Assembly (NCBI GenBank): GCA_951406725.2
Contig: OX597819.1
Coordinates: forward strand, 111,228,001 to 111,292,000
Direction: 5' to 3'
Length of the DNA: 64,000 nucleotides
Origin: Octopus vulgaris
Taxonomy: Eukaryota
Made by a program: the position numbers and the translations under genes. The notes beneath the pieces are model-generated. The model did no database searches. It was not told where the DNA came from and saw nothing but the letters and a program-made list of their open reading frames with translations. Below are positions 13,669 to 28,427 of this stretch, one piece after another (within the stretch, counting starts at the first letter, position 1; every line of letters starts with the position of its first letter).

Positions 13669-13775
13669 ATATATATATAGAGAGAGAGAGCGAATTCACA
13701 AAAAGACATAAGACAAAGACAGGTGATTTAGACAGCAAACAGATGTATTAGTATAACGCTCGGAAAGTGAAAAAG

Positions 13776-13813
13776 CCTTTAACGTTTCGAGCCTACGCTC
13801 TTCCGCAGAAAGG
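13776..13813 (-). ncRNA. Minimal type I hammerhead-like motif (variant core) in a Penelope pLTR-like fragment (13690-13855)
   Basis: CCUUU-CUGCGGA-A-GAGC(GUAG)GCUC-GAAAC-GUU-AAAGG: 5-bp stem I, 4-bp stem II, palindromic AACGUU; core position A6 is altered. Confidence 0.5.
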
Positions 13814-14075
13814 AACACAGAAAGAAACAAGGAGAGGAAATTAAGAATGTTTAATTTATATATATATATATATATATAAGTATATAAAGGGAGACAGGGA
13901 GTGAGATACGCACATGCAGAATTGCATGTATGCATGCAGAAACAAACGCACACGTGCAGGAACAAATATTTACATACATGAATATCTGCGTGCAAAGATA
14001 CATGCGCACGTTATATATATAGAATTGCATGCGTACATGCTAATCTATAGGTGCGCATCTCTCTCCCTGTCTCCG

Positions 14076-14119
<44 letters not shown>

Positions 14120-14287
14120 TATATATATGCATATATATATAGGTATGTATGTATATATATGCATATAACAAATATTTTCAAGTGAAAAAATTTTCAGATT
14201 TTTTCTCTTATGAGGTTTTTCACGCTAACTACCTGATAATTTCTTGTTAAGATTTCTTATTAAGATTTTATCCTTAATTGTTAAATT

Positions 14288-14335
<48 letters not shown>

Positions 14336-14435
14336 ATCCAAACAAGAAAACACAAAAACAAAAAGACACAACAACGCGAGAACGTGGAACAAATAAAGTA
14401 TTATTGGACGCTCAGGAAAGAAGGGAAGAATGAGG

Positions 14436-14470
14436 GCTTAACGTTTCGAGCGGAGCTCTTCGTCGGAAAC
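14436..14470 (-). ncRNA. Minimal type I hammerhead-like motif in a pLTR-like fragment (14331-14545)
   Basis: GUUU-CCGACGA-A-GAGC(UCC)GCUC-GAAAC-GUU-AAGC. Confidence 0.5.
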
Positions 14471-14628
14471 ATAGGAGAAGGAAAGATCCCGAGAAGGGAA
14501 GACAGAGGAAAAAAATCGCCAGTGGTACTCACGAGGTCACATATTGAAAGACCGGAAGTAGAAAGGTGGAAGAATAATGTTTTTTAAAGACAGGAGAGTT
14601 TTCAAAGACAGTATGGTAAATTCTTTTA

Positions 14629-14958
14629 TTCTTTTACTTCGTTTGACTGCGACCATGCTGGCACACCAACTTTAGTCGAACTTTGTAAGTCTACTCTATC
14701 GGTCTCTTCTGCCGAACTGCTACATTACGGGGACGTCGGTTGTCAGACCGACGTCCCCGTAATGTTTGGGGGGACAAACACAGACATACATTCATATATA
14801 TACATATATACATATATATATCCGACGGGATTTTTTTCAGTTTCCGTCTACAAAATCTACTCACAAGGCTTTGGTTGGCCCTAGGTACCTCGCGGTGGGA
14901 CTGAAACCAGAACTATGTGGTTAGAAAGCAAGCTTCTTACCGCACAGCCACTACTGCG

Positions 14959-14961
<3 letters not shown>
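14629..14961 (-). mobile_element. SINE family A (diverged) containing an internal fold-back at 14722-14765
   Basis: Family A head and tail in reverse; acattacggggacgtcggt-tgtcag-accgacgtccccgtaatgt. Confidence 0.75.
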
Positions 14962-15036
<75 letters not shown>

Positions 15037-15403
15037 CACACCCACACGCTATCATGAATATACGAACACAACCATATATACGTGTCTTTATGCATACATG
15101 CATGTGACGTATGTGATGCATACGGGTATTTTTACTTCGTGTCGGCCTTTCATTTCTTATTTGATTTCTTTCGCTAAATCTGTTTTTTTCTTTTAATTAA
15201 ATTGAAATTTAATTTTGTTTATATGTATTTCTTATTTTTTCTAAATTGTGTATACATGCATATGTACATGTACATATTTGGGTTTGCTTAATATATATAT
15301 ATATATATACATTGGTGTAAACATATGCACACATGTTTATGTAAATAAAATAACTCTAATTCATTTGCCTATATACGCTTTTTATGTTCGTGCTACTTAC
15401 ATG

Positions 15404-15476
<73 letters not shown>

Positions 15477-15490
15477 GTATGTATATATAT

Positions 15491-15594
<104 letters not shown>

Positions 15595-17318
15595 TCCTTA
15601 CTGCTTAAAATTTTTTTTAATGCGAGTTTCATGAAAGTTTCAAGTAATGTTGTATACCTCACTGTTAGACCCTGCATACGTATGTCAGTATAAGTGTATA
15701 TATCTAAATCCTAATATTCACCTGAGTGCCTGCGTTTGTGTCTCTATGTGTGATTTAAAGAACATGTTATTTTATATGCGAAAGAGCAAGCTCTAAATTG
15801 CGAAATAAGAATAGAAAAAAAATTTTAATGCATAAAAATAAAGCAGTGAGTGAGAAACCTGTGTCAATGGCATGTTTTAACGGAACCACATGTGCAGGTT
15901 CATACACACACGTACACACAGAGGCACACACACACAAACAGAACAGTAAAAGCACACATCTGCATCTTAGAATGTTCTTTTTTAACGTACAGTCATGTAA
16001 TGCTGTAGTGATTTACGTACTGAAGTAAGAAGAACGGCGACGTCAGAAACAAACAACAAAATTAGTGGGAAGACACTTCAGCTGTGCTTCATTCGCTGCG
16101 TAGTCAGATGTATTAAGATATGTTGACTAACGAGTTTAAGAGAAACGAAAAGAAACAAGGATAGCGGAAGAGAAATAGAAAGGATAGAATAAAAGCAAAG
16201 AAGAGGAAATGGAAGAAGGTCGACAACGATAGGAAATAGCTCTGTGGCCTGATAGAATAAAGGGAATGAAAGAAATTAATTCTAAAAGAACAGGCGCACA
16301 ACTAGTTACTAACTCTTATATGAGACTATGTATATACATACGCTCATATTTTTTCGCATTGGCTCTCTACGGGCATTCTGTAAATAGTACATACTTTCTA
16401 TAACATACTCAATATATATACATATACATGTATATATATATATACCATCTGGTTACTTATGCTTCAATACATGTATGTATGTGCATACATTCCTACATAC
16501 ATGTGTGTATACACGTACTCAGATAAAGCACATACAAATATATAATAAATTTATATGTATATAAATATTCATACATACGCACATACATGCCTATATACGT
16601 ACACACACACACATATATATATGTATATATATATATACGCTCGTCATATGTGCATACATAAAAACATACGGACATGCATACATGCATAAATACATCCATT
16701 AGTAGAAACATTTATGCTTGCATACAACATGCTTAAATATATACATACACACCATAGACATGCATACATATATAAATACCTACGTACTTACATACATACA
16801 TGATACATGAATACATACATATATATACATACTACTCTCAAATATAACAAAGGAATGTGAGTTTTTAAATAAGGAAAAATCAATAACTCTCAAAAGAAAC
16901 CATGCAATTATAGGCGTAAATATAAATAACTACATCGGGAAGACGACGGCAACCACGACAGCATCAGCGATGACAACGACGACGATGATGATGGTGGTGA
17001 CGACGAGGACAACAACGGCGATGACGATGATGACAGCGACGTCAACGACGATCAGAATAATCCTTTCTACTATAGGCACAAGGCCTGAAACGTTGATAGT
17101 CGATTACGCCGACTGCAGTGTTTCAACGGTGTTTGGTCGCTTGTATAATGAACCAGAATTTGATGATTACTTATTCTATTAACCATGAATCGACCAAAAA
17201 AGAAATTTTTTCTTGACTGCATTTGATCTGTAATCTCATGCTCTATGAATTCTGCTATTTACTGCATAACTCGTGTCAGTTGTTATATTTTCAAATAGTA
17301 ATAATACTGCTATGATGA

Positions 17319-17533
17319 CGGCGGGCTGGCAGAATCGTTAGAACGCCGGGGAGAATGCTTGGCGGCATTTCTCCCGACTTTTAGTTGTGTGTTTAAACTC
17401 TGCCGTGGTCGACTTTGTTTTTCATCTTTTAGGGATCGATTAAAAGAAAGTATCAGTTGAATACTGGGGTCGATGTAATCGACTTATCTCTCTCCTAAAA
17501 ATTGCTAGCCTTGTACCAAAATTTGAAACCAAT
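17319..17533 (+). mobile_element. SINE family B (diverged)
   Basis: gacggcgggctggcagaatcgttag...gtcgactttg...ggggtcgatgtaatcgact. Confidence 0.75.
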
Positions 17534-18242
17534 AATAATTCTATAGAATATCAACGAAAATAATTTCTAAGCTACTTAATAACAGGAATGTATCCTCAAC
17601 TAAAATGAACACGATACTTGACTGGTAATTTGATTCATAATTCTCGGAGTAATGAAAGAAGTTGACCTCGGTAAGATTTGAACTCAGACCCTAGAAATAT
17701 GGAACTAAACACCTTGAAGTATTTTGCTCGACTATGCAACGACTCTGCCACAATCCTAGCAAGTACTTCAGACTTACCAGAATTTTCCACAATGCAACCA
17801 ATTTAACCATAGGATTCAAACTGTAGAAAACTGCCTGCACTTCCGAACCAAAAGACAGCAAAGACACCTCTTCTCTATGAATTCCGCTAATGGACAAATC
17901 AGTCGAACGCGGGACAGAATTTATGCAACATAACTCTACAAGTCAGCAACGTTCAAATACTGAACAAGTGAATGCAGAAGTATTTCGTGTCTCTGCGCCT
18001 ATATCGGAGCCCTGATGGATAGCGCTATCAAGCTTGTAGGGTTAATCCCGAATGGGTAACTTTCCTCATAGTACAATGATGGTTGTGATTTCTAGAAGCT
18101 CTCCTTTGTCGTCGCGTTGAAATCTTTTCGTGATGTTTTCTTACTTGGTCAATTTAGGTGCCAAAGTTTCCGAGAGGGCGTCATCGTCCTTCCCCCTCCC
18201 TTAATGTTATGTACAAGCCAAATTGCACGACTGATAGATTAC

Positions 18243-18695
18243 TATTATACTCTGATATATTCCGGCTACTCTCCTCATCTACATTGCTGTAGTCACAGCG
18301 TTGCGGTCGGTGTACTCAACGGCTTTCATCAGGTACAGCGTAAATATTCTCAGAATTTCGAAGCAGAGACTTTATTACACTTCAGAGGGTGAGGTAGTAT
18401 GTTCGTATTCCACTGATCATACCAGTGATAATCTCCAGTTAGTTACTTTCCTTATTTCTGATTTTTTGCTTTCTTGATCCGCTTCAACTGGAGTTCCGCT
18501 TGAGCGTAAGTTTTCTCACTAAGTCAGTTAATGTAGGGTCTGGTTCATGTAGGATGAAGGAGCAATTTCACAAATAATGTAAATGGCATGCACTTCAAGT
18601 TGGCCGGAGGGTATAACAGCCGAAACATTGGGGTTATGATGAGTCAACCAAATATACCAGTGTATGATAATTCCTCATCTCTGAAATCAAGACAA
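18243..18695. mobile_element. Old Penelope-like fragment with outward-facing degenerate hammerhead-bearing ends
   Basis: Minus strand 18288-18337: CUGAUGA-stem(GCCGUUG/CACCGAC)-GCAAC. Plus strand 18593-18640: ...ggccggagggtataacagccgaaacattg. The two outer ends are imperfect inverted repeats. Confidence 0.4.
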
Positions 18696-18708
18696 AGTAA
18701 TGCATATA

Positions 18709-19055
18709 GGCATGGCTGTGTGGTAAGAAGCTTGCTTCCCCACCACATGGTCCCGGGTTCAGTTCCACTGGATGGCACCTTGGGCAAATGTTTTCTGTTA
18801 TAGCCTCGAGCCTATTAAAGCGTTATGAGAGGATTTGCTAGAGGTAAAGTACAAGAAGCCCTTCGAATATGAGTTCGCGCGCGCGCATTTATCCACTACC
18901 ACCGCTTGGCAATAGGTGCTCTTTGTTTACGTCCCGTAACTTGGCTATTCGGCAAACATGACCCAATAAATACTGGAGTAAATACATTTGATGAAAATTC
19001 TTCAAGGCGGTGCTCCAGCATGGCCGCAGTCTAATGACTGAAACAAATTAAAGAT
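18709..19055 (+). mobile_element. SINE family A (diverged)
   Basis: ggcatggctgtgtggtaagaagcttgc...ggcggtgctccagcatggccgcagtctaatgactgaaac. Confidence 0.75.
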
Positions 19056-19566
19056 AATAGATATATACATACATAATACATGAATACATGTGTGCGTATG
19101 CGTATTTTGACACATACGCATAGTCGGATTAACACTGATTTCATATACGTTAAACAAATCTGCATTTATATTACAGAAAAACAGCTCAGCAAAATGACAA
19201 CGAGACTGTCTCTGACTCAATGACAAAGGTCAATGACCTGAAGCTCCAGATCCGTCATTTTTTCACGGTTATATAACTTATTGAATGAAATTTATATCAA
19301 CTGACAAAATCAAACCACTGATTGGCTGACACAGAAACACACTACTTCCTGTTCTTCAATACACACACACACACACACACACGCACACACACACACACTC
19401 ACGCACACACACACACACACATACAACCATAGTTAATATATTTTTAATATGTGTGTATTTGTGTGAGTGTATGTATATAGGTATGTATAGATAACTATAT
19501 ATATATAACGGCAACGAGAAACTCAGAGTAACAGATTTTGTTGAATTTTCTGCTGCTTTAAATAAA

Positions 19567-19569
<3 letters not shown>

Positions 19570-19616
<47 letters not shown>

Positions 19617-19705
19617 GTTTATCATTTCGTTTTCCAAGATCCCTGATATTTACATATGTGCACATATATGTGTATGAATGTGTGTGTGTGTGTATATATA
19701 TGTAC

Positions 19706-19742
<37 letters not shown>

Positions 19743-19841
19743 GTTTATCATTTCGTTTTCCAAGATCCCTGATATTTACATGTATGTATATGTGCACATA
19801 TATGTGTATGAATGTGTGTGTGTGTGTATATATATGTACAC

Positions 19842-19892
<51 letters not shown>

Positions 19893-19987
19893 GTTTATCA
19901 TTTCGTTTTCCAAGATCCCTGATATTTACATGTATGTATATGTGCACATATATGTGTATGAATGTGTGTGTGTGTGTATATATATGT

Positions 19988-20030
<43 letters not shown>
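19570..20030. repeat. Tandem triplication of a ~130-150 bp unit bounded by (TA)n
   Basis: cacgtttatcatttcgttttccaagatccctgatatttaca... occurs at about 19614, 19740 and 19890. Confidence 0.9.
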
Positions 20031-20032
<2 letters not shown>

Positions 20033-20106
20033 CATGCATAGACATCTACCTAAAGACATGTGCCTGTGTGTGTGTATGTGAGTGTGTGTGTGTATGTATG
20101 TGTGTG

Positions 20107-20139
<33 letters not shown>

Positions 20140-20394
20140 GCCCAGATATGCGGGGGCTGCCTATCTTTCTATTATAGCAAAGAAATACATTTCCATTAGT
20201 ATTTTCCGTTTCAGTTCCTCACACATACCTGCATCATTTTCCTCCCAGCACAACAGTAACAGGAGACTGGTTTTGATCTCAAAGTACCGAAAAAGGGTTG
20301 CGGACCACTACCGTATTTATCGACCCCGAAAGGATGAACAGTAAAGTTGCAATCAGAACGCAGACTCGAAAGAAATACGGATAAGCATATTATC

Positions 20395-21027
20395 CATCAC
20401 CACCACCGCCGCCGCCACCATGTCTCCCCCACTACTACTACTACAACCACAACCACTCTAACCAATGAGCCACGTACCTCTACTACCACCAACAACAACA
20501 ATTGCACCACTGCCAAAACCAGAACAGCGGCACCAACATTATCACCGCCATATTGACAGTAACACTAACCACCACTACCACCACCACCATCATCACTAAC
20601 ACCATCTCCACCACCCCTTCACTAATATCACCACCCCTTCACTAATACCACCACCACTGTCACTACTATTACCACCATCACCGTTACCACCACCAGCAAC
20701 ATCAACCCCACCACTACCACCATAACCATCACCATAACCACCACCATAAACCACCACCATAAACCACTGACACCACAACCACCATCACCACGACAACCAC
20801 AACCACCACAGTCGTCACCACCGCCATCACCACTACCATCACAATCATCACCATCACCACGACCATCATCACCGTTACCACTGCCACCACCACCACCACC
20901 ACCACCACCACAAACCACCACTATCACCACCATCACCACCTTGAACAGTATCACATTATAAATGCATCATCATCATTATAACACATCTCAAAACTAACAT
21001 TACTCCCACTTCTACCCTTGCCACAAC

Positions 21028-21062
<35 letters not shown>

Positions 21063-21534
21063 GCAACAACAACGCCGTCACCATTACCACAACCAACAAC
21101 AATAACAAAAGGAAAATAATCACTTAAAACAATCTCGCGGGATTTCATCGTGAAATTAACAAGAACGATATAAAAGACACCGCCATATTATCATATAGAC
21201 TTGAAGACCCTTAAGTCGTAAAGGGACACGCGGAAGGGGCGGGGAAGGCGTGCTAGGGGAAAGGGGACGAGAAATTAATATTGTAGTTCGGTGACGGTTA
21301 TGATGAAGATGATGGTGGTGATAATGACGACTGCGATGATGATGGTGGTGTTGGTGGTGATGATGATAATGATGAGGATGATGACGATGACGATGATGAG
21401 GAGGAGGAGGGGGATGATGACGATAATGATGACGATGATGAAGGTGATGATGACGATGATGATGACGATGACGATGATGATGATTAGAAGGAAAACGAAG
21501 AGCAAGATAGTTATTATTATTATTATTATTATTA

Positions 21535-21595
<61 letters not shown>

Positions 21596-21660
21596 CGATG
21601 GTGATGATTATGAATGATAATGATCATAATCATGATCATGATAGTGGTGGTGGTGATGAC
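20395..21660. repeat. Degenerate trinucleotide low-complexity blocks: (CAC/ACC)n, (CAA)n, (GAT)n, (TAT)n
   Basis: Direct inspection. Confidence 0.9.
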
Positions 21661-22136
21661 AATTGTGGTGTTGTCGAGTCGGTGTTGGATGGAGGAAGTG
21701 AAATATGACAAACAGAACCGTATTTAGCGAACGGGTGTGTGGGAGAGAGATAGAGGTGGGTGGACAAAGAACGAAGGGTGTCCATTTTGATCGTTAGCAT
21801 ATAATGGCTGACGTGATTTTATTAAGCTCATTATCAAGAAGTTTTCGCTTAATCTTACATTTATTGCACCTCCCGTCAAGGCTAGCGATATGGGCACAGA
21901 ACACGACCCCTCACCGCGCCACACACACCACGTCATATCGCACTACTGTTCCAAGCCACGCTATACTACACTACACCGTAATCGTAACACCCTAACACAG
22001 CTATTCGCTACAGCTATGCACACCATATTACGTTGAATATCAATCTAGAATACAGCCTCATCCTATTCCGTCACACAACTTCTACGCCTTACTAGAAAAC
22101 GTTACACTACACAATGTTAAAACTTATTACATTATG

Positions 22137-22182
<46 letters not shown>

Positions 22183-23389
22183 ATTATAAATAAGGGCAAA
22201 GTGAAAATATTTGGCAAAAGAAAATTTTTCCTTTTTACCCTTATTTATAATTGTATTTATAATTTTCTCCTTAAAAGATATTATTCATATGATTGCCACT
22301 GATAAAATTTTATCCTCATATTAGAAGTATATATATATATATATAAATCGGGCTCCTTTTTGCCTATCAGATCCACTGACGGCCCGAGCGTATAGTAAAA
22401 AATTGCCTTAGGCGCCACGCAGGTGGGACTGAACCTGAGACCATGTGGTTGGAAAACAAATTTCATACAACATAGTCGCTCACACTACTTCAGTCTGTCC
22501 TCTACGATACTATATTACATTTTCTTAATTTACTTGCTTATGACAACCCATCAAAGGTGATAACAGTGTGTATCCAGAACATTCATCCTCTTCCGTCTCC
22601 GGCCTGTTGTTTCTCATGGGTGCGGATGTAGCTGATAAGATCGATACAAATTAGACACATCCTGCGGAAGGGAGGGCACTGGAAGTGACCCACCCTGAAA
22701 AACAGTCAACGCACGAGTTCATATCAAGAATCTTGCAAACCAAATACAAAAGTTCATTGAATTCTTTGATCTAAAACCTTACCCGATGGAACTGAAAATG
22801 TCTTGAAGTCAGTCTCTTTTACTAGATCATACAAATGAATACGTTATACTCTTGGAGACTTCACTCCCTCTACTCCCCACTAAAAAAAATGAGATCCAGA
22901 TTTCGGTTCCAACATAAACTGGTGTTCCATTGACATACAGCACCGACAGATATCCCCCAAAAGATTTTCTGATTTCTAAAATATCTGAATTATTGGTATT
23001 TGTTAGAGGAGGAGAAGAAAAGAGAAACTCCTCATTAATGAATCTGAGTGAACTCATCTTGTAATCAAAGACAATTGGGAACCCAATACCTCATTAGTCA
23101 ATTTGTCAAGATGAATTTACTGAAAATGAACGAAGTGCTGCAGACTTGATCTTATACACAACTTAAGTCATGTTGCTAATCCCATTTCCAACAGTCCTAC
23201 TTAATAGTGAAAATGTTGTAGGTTTTTTTTTCTCCAAATCAGTTTTCGCTGCTTTCTATTCTTTTTCTATTCTTTCTATTCGTTTGTTATTTTATGAACA
23301 AAAATCTATCAGTTTCCTCAGTTGTACGCGTGTTCTATATTTTTTTCTTCTATTTTTAAGACTTCAGTGTTAAGAATCTGCGATAATAT

Positions 23390-23590
23390 TGGTTTGAAAT
23401 TTTGTCACAAGTACAGCTATTTCCAGGGAGGCCGTAAGTCGATTACATCGACCCCAGTGCTCAACTGGTACTTACTTTTTCTGCCCCGAAAGGTCGACCT
23501 AAGTGGAATTCGAATTTAGAGCGTGAAGACGGACAAAATGCTGCTAAACAATTTACCCGGCGTGATAATGATTCTGCCAGCTCGCCGCCC
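23390..23590 (-). mobile_element. SINE family B (diverged)
   Basis: Ends in attctgccagctcgccgcc, the reverse of the family B head. Confidence 0.75.
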
Positions 23591-23853
23591 TAAGAATTCG
23601 CATTAATATTGGGCTCTTTTACTTGGACCGCCCATTCTTCAATTCAGTTTTATATTTTTTATAGTTTTCCCATTACTTTCTAAAAAAAAATTTTCTCTAT
23701 GTCTTCATGTCCTATTTTGAGAATGAATTCTTCAAATGATTCTGAAAAAAAAAAAAACTAACGCAGTTGGTTTTAGCGGATTACTTCAAAAAGATTTATT
23801 ACAAATTGCATTGAGGCCTAATTTCTCTACTGACGATAGGTAAGAATTAATAT

Positions 23854-24251
23854 TCTTTTCTACTCTAGGCAAAGGCCAGAAATTTTTGGGAAGGGGGGCT
23901 AGTCGATTAGATCGACCTCAGTACGCAACTGGTACTTAATTTATCGACCCCGAAAGGATGTAAGGCAAAGTCGACCTCGGCGGAATTTGAACTCGGAACG
24001 TAACAGCAGACAGAATACCTATTTCTTTACTACTCACAAGGGGCTAAACACAGAGGGGACAAACAAGGACAGACAGACGGATTAAGTCGATTATATCGAC
24101 ATCAGTGCGTAACTGGTACTTATTTAATCGACCCCGAAAGGATGAAAGGCAAAGTTGACCTCGGCGGAATTTGAACTCGGAACGTAACGGCAGACGAAAT
24201 ACGGCTACGCATTTCGCCCGGCGTGCTAACGTTTCTGCCAGCTCGCCGCCT
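23854..24251 (-). mobile_element. SINE family B, dimeric form
   Basis: Two tandem bodies (cgaccccgaaaggatg.aaggcaaagt.gacctcggcggaatttgaactc); approximate TSD taagaat(t/c)aatat. Confidence 0.85.
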
Positions 24252-24427
24252 TAATAAGAATCAATATGAAATACATAAAGGATAAGCTCATAGTTCTGTT
24301 AATAAAAGCAAGTTCTACAAATAAAACTGAATATATATTTTTAATTTAGTAAACTTTATAAAATGTGACTTCCTATCCATTTTTTTCTTCACTTCTATTT
24401 ATTTTTATTATCGACTCTGAAGAATAC

Positions 24428-24600
24428 GGGAAGCTGGCAGTAAAACGCTTAGAAGACGTTCTGAGTTCAAATTCCACCGATGTCGACTTTGCCTTTCATC
24501 CTTTCGGAGTCGATAAAATAAATATCAGTTAAACACTGGAGTCGATAAAATTAGCTTTCTCCTCCCCCGAAATTTTTGGCTTTGTGCCAAAATTTGAAAC
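24428..24600 (+). mobile_element. SINE family B (diverged)
   Basis: gttctgagttcaaattccaccgatgtcgactttgcctttcatcctttcggagtcgataaa. Confidence 0.7.
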
Positions 24601-25343
24601 CGTTATTGACGCTCAGGGTGGGCTTGAAATTCTCTCGATAGAAACTCAGGTTCCATCGAATAATAAAAAAGGATGTGAAATATTGATCGTTATTTTTAAT
24701 TTGATAAACCTTAACGAATGCCATAGATTAAATTTTGAAAAGTAACAACAAAATCTACAGATTGTATATACTCTTACTTGAAATCAAATATTATTCAGTA
24801 CCGCTCTCTTTGCCCTGATTCAGACCTAAAAACTATCCGCCGATGATGATAATTCAGTTTCTGGTCTAGGAAGAATCTTGGTCTGAAGTGAGGAAAACTG
24901 ATTCGTTTTAAATCACTTTTACCTCCATCGCAGGCAATTTTATGTGTTAAATTGGCACCAGACGTATTAGAACTCATAAACCGGAAACGGAGATGTGTGA
25001 AAATATGGCCAATGAGAGAAGTTAACAATCTCGAGTGACCTTTAATCCTTATTGAGAACATTAATATTTGAGTCATAGATACACCTCTAGAATTAATTAT
25101 ATGCATATACACACCCACACAACACAAACACACGCACATATACAACACAATCGCATACGCACAACACAAACAAATGCACACGCACACGTACACATACGCG
25201 TGCGCACGCACGCGAAGACTGAGTGATGCATGCACATTATACACATTTAAATATACTGATACAACTCATTTTAAAATATTTTTCTAATCTCCTTTTCATA
25301 CAAACGCGTATATATTCATGAATATATGCATACATTCAGACAG

Positions 25344-25427
<84 letters not shown>

Positions 25428-25475
25428 GTAAATATATATATATATATTTACACATATATACATATGCTCTTACTC

Positions 25476-25679
25476 TTTTATTTGTTTCAGTCATTTGACT
25501 GTGGCCACGCTGGAGCACCGCCTTTAGTCGAACAAATCGACCCCAGGACTTAGTCTTTGTAAGCCTAGTACTTATTCTATCGGTGTCTTTTGCCGAACCG
25601 CTAAGTTACGGTGACGTGAACACACTAGAATCGGTTGTCAAGCGATGTTGGGGGAACAAACACAGACACACAAACAGGT

Positions 25680-25756
<77 letters not shown>

Positions 25757-25933
25757 CACACATATATACGACGGTTTTTTTTCAGTTTCCGTCTCCCAAA
25801 TCCACTCACAAAGCTTTGGTCGGCCCAAGGCTATAGTAGAAGACATTTACCCAAGGTGCTACGCAGTGGGACTGAACCCAGAACTATGTGGTTGGTAAGC
25901 AAGCTACTTACCCCACACCCTCTTCTACGCCTA
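25476..25933 (-). mobile_element. SINE family A, full length
   Basis: Complete head, internal (CA)n(TA)n and tail in reverse. Confidence 0.85.
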
Positions 25934-25948
25934 TATATACACATATAG

Positions 25949-26038
<90 letters not shown>

Positions 26039-26249
26039 GCTTATGTGCACACACATATACACACATGCGCAAGTGCATACACACACATACATACATTCAT
26101 AGTTTACTGTGAGTCAGTATATATGTATGTGTGTGTATGCATTTATCTTAATTTCTCTATACGCGGGGGTGTATGTACACATATTTTCACGTATGTGTAC
26201 ATAAACATATAAACTCTCTCTCTGTTTCTGTCTGTCTGTCTCTCACTAC

Positions 26250-26309
<60 letters not shown>

Positions 26310-26694
26310 TACACACAGAGCCAGTCTTGAAGACTGATATGTACAGACATGCATACATACACACGAATCTTCATATACAAACAGTCTTATATAATGTTTA
26401 AATGTATTTATGCATACAGACGCGTACACGCTCACGCTCACGCACATATATGCGTAGCTGCATACATACACGCATTGGCATACGCACACACACACACACA
26501 CATCGACATATAGGTTGAGAGTGAAGTGGCGAGTAGGAGGAGGAGGGGGAGGAAAGTTGAAGAGGGGGAGGAGAAAAGGCAATGAGACAAAATGGCATTC
26601 AATGAAGTATCGTTAAGTGAATGGAGCGTGAAAGAGTGAGTAGGAGGGAAGGGTCGGAGCAGAAGGAGTGGTTGTTATAAAATGAGAGGGTTTG

Positions 26695-28165
26695 GGTGTG
26701 ATGGTATTGGTAGTGTTGTTGTTGTAGTAGTAGTTATTATTGGTGGTGGTGGTGGTGGTAGTGGTGGTGGTGGTGGTGGTGGTGGTGGTGGTGCTGTTGG
26801 TTTTAGTGATGGTAGCAGTAGTGATAGTAATGGTGGTGGTGGTGGTGGCGGTGGTGGTAGGGGTGATGTTGCTAACGATAGTGGTGATGGTTGTAGTGCT
26901 GGTGGTGATTGTGGTAGTGGTGATGGTGCTCCTGGTTTTAGTGGTGGTGGCAGTGGTGGCAGTGGTGATGGCGCTGGTGATGGCGCTAGCGATAGTCGTG
27001 TTGATGGTAGTGGTGGGGGTGATGGTGGTAGTGGTGGTGGTGATGGTGGTGGTGGTGGTTGTGGTGGATGTGATGGTGGCAGTGGTGGTAGTGGTAGTGG
27101 TAATGGTGCTAACAATAGTGGTGGTGGTGGCGGTTTTTGTGGTGGTAGTGGTGGAGGTGGTGGTGGTGGTGGTGGTGGAGGTAATGGTGGATGTGATAGT
27201 TATGATGGTGCTAACAATAGTGGTGGTGGTTGCAGCAATGGAGGCTGTGGACGTGGCGGTAGATGTCGCTAGTCTTGGTGAAGCTGGTGATAGCGTCGAG
27301 GCGTTAGTATTGGCCTCTGTGGTGGAGGCAATGTTGGTATGGCTACAGTAGCGGTTGTAGTTGTTTCTTGTGATGGTGGTGTTAGTGGTGGTGGTGATGG
27401 TGGCGGCGGCGGCGTTGGTTGCAGGTGATGATGAAGAGGATGATAGTATCGGTTGTAGTGTTGCTGTTGTTGTTGTAGTAGTATATATTCTAAGCTGTTT
27501 TTGCTGTAGCTGTGATTGTAATTATTTTGTAGCGTATAGGTGCTAGTACTTGCGGTTATAGCTATAGTATTGCTTGTAGTTGTGGTGGAGGTGTTGTTAG
27601 AGGTGCTATTGGTGTCGAGGAAGATGGCATTGGTGGTAATCCCTGGGGCTATTTGTATCGGTTGAGGCGTCGGTAGTGGTTGTTGCAGTGGTGATGATGG
27701 ATGTAGCGGCTGTTGTGATGTTGGTGATGAAAGCGATGATGGTGATGGGGATGGTGGTCATGACTGCATTGGTAGTATTGGCAGCAGTTGTAGTGGTGAT
27801 ACGGGTAAGGTTAGCGTTATCGCATGTGTTAAGGCATGGAAATGATAGTGTTGATGGGGGGTCTGGTGGTGGCAGTTGTATATGTGGTAGTGTTGGTGGT
27901 AGTGGTGGTAGTGAGTGGTCAAGATTCCGATGGTGGTTGTAGTAGTGGTGATTGTGTTGGTAGAAGTTGGTGTGGGCGGTGGTTGCTGAGATGACGGCGG
28001 TGGGGGTGGCAGTCGCGGTGGTGGTGGTGATGGCAGTAGTGATTGTGGTGGTGGCAGTGGTGATTGCGGTGATGGTAGTGATGATTGCGGTTGTAGTGGT
28101 GATTGTGAAGGTGGTAGTTGTGGTGGTAGTGATTTTGGTGGAGGTGATGGCAGTGACAATACAGA
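26695..28165. repeat. Long degenerate (GGT)n low-complexity tract
   Basis: G/T-rich trinucleotide mosaic that gives spurious Gly, Val and Pro-rich ORFs in several frames. Confidence 0.9.
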
Positions 28166-28379
28166 TAGTACCACATCACATGTGCATCTAAAATTTTTTT
28201 GAATTATGTACGCATCAACGCACTCAAAGAAATTTCCTTGTGGTCAGTCAATACGCAAGACATAGCAGCCAAAATCGCTCTCAAACCGCACATGTATGAT
28301 CTTTAGAAAGAGAGGATCTTTTAGAGACTGTAAAACTATCAGATACACTGTTTATGAAGGCGTGGGCTGGTAAGAGAAA

Positions 28380-28427
<48 letters not shown>

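Noticed and set aside
22620-23250. Possible exon or LINE ORF1 remnant
   Set aside because: Complex sequence, but no motif I can identify and stops in all frames
26675-28191. Gly-rich, Val-rich and Pro-rich ORFs up to about 200 aa
   Set aside because: Open in several frames and on both strands because (GGT)n lacks stops; no signal peptide or splice evidence
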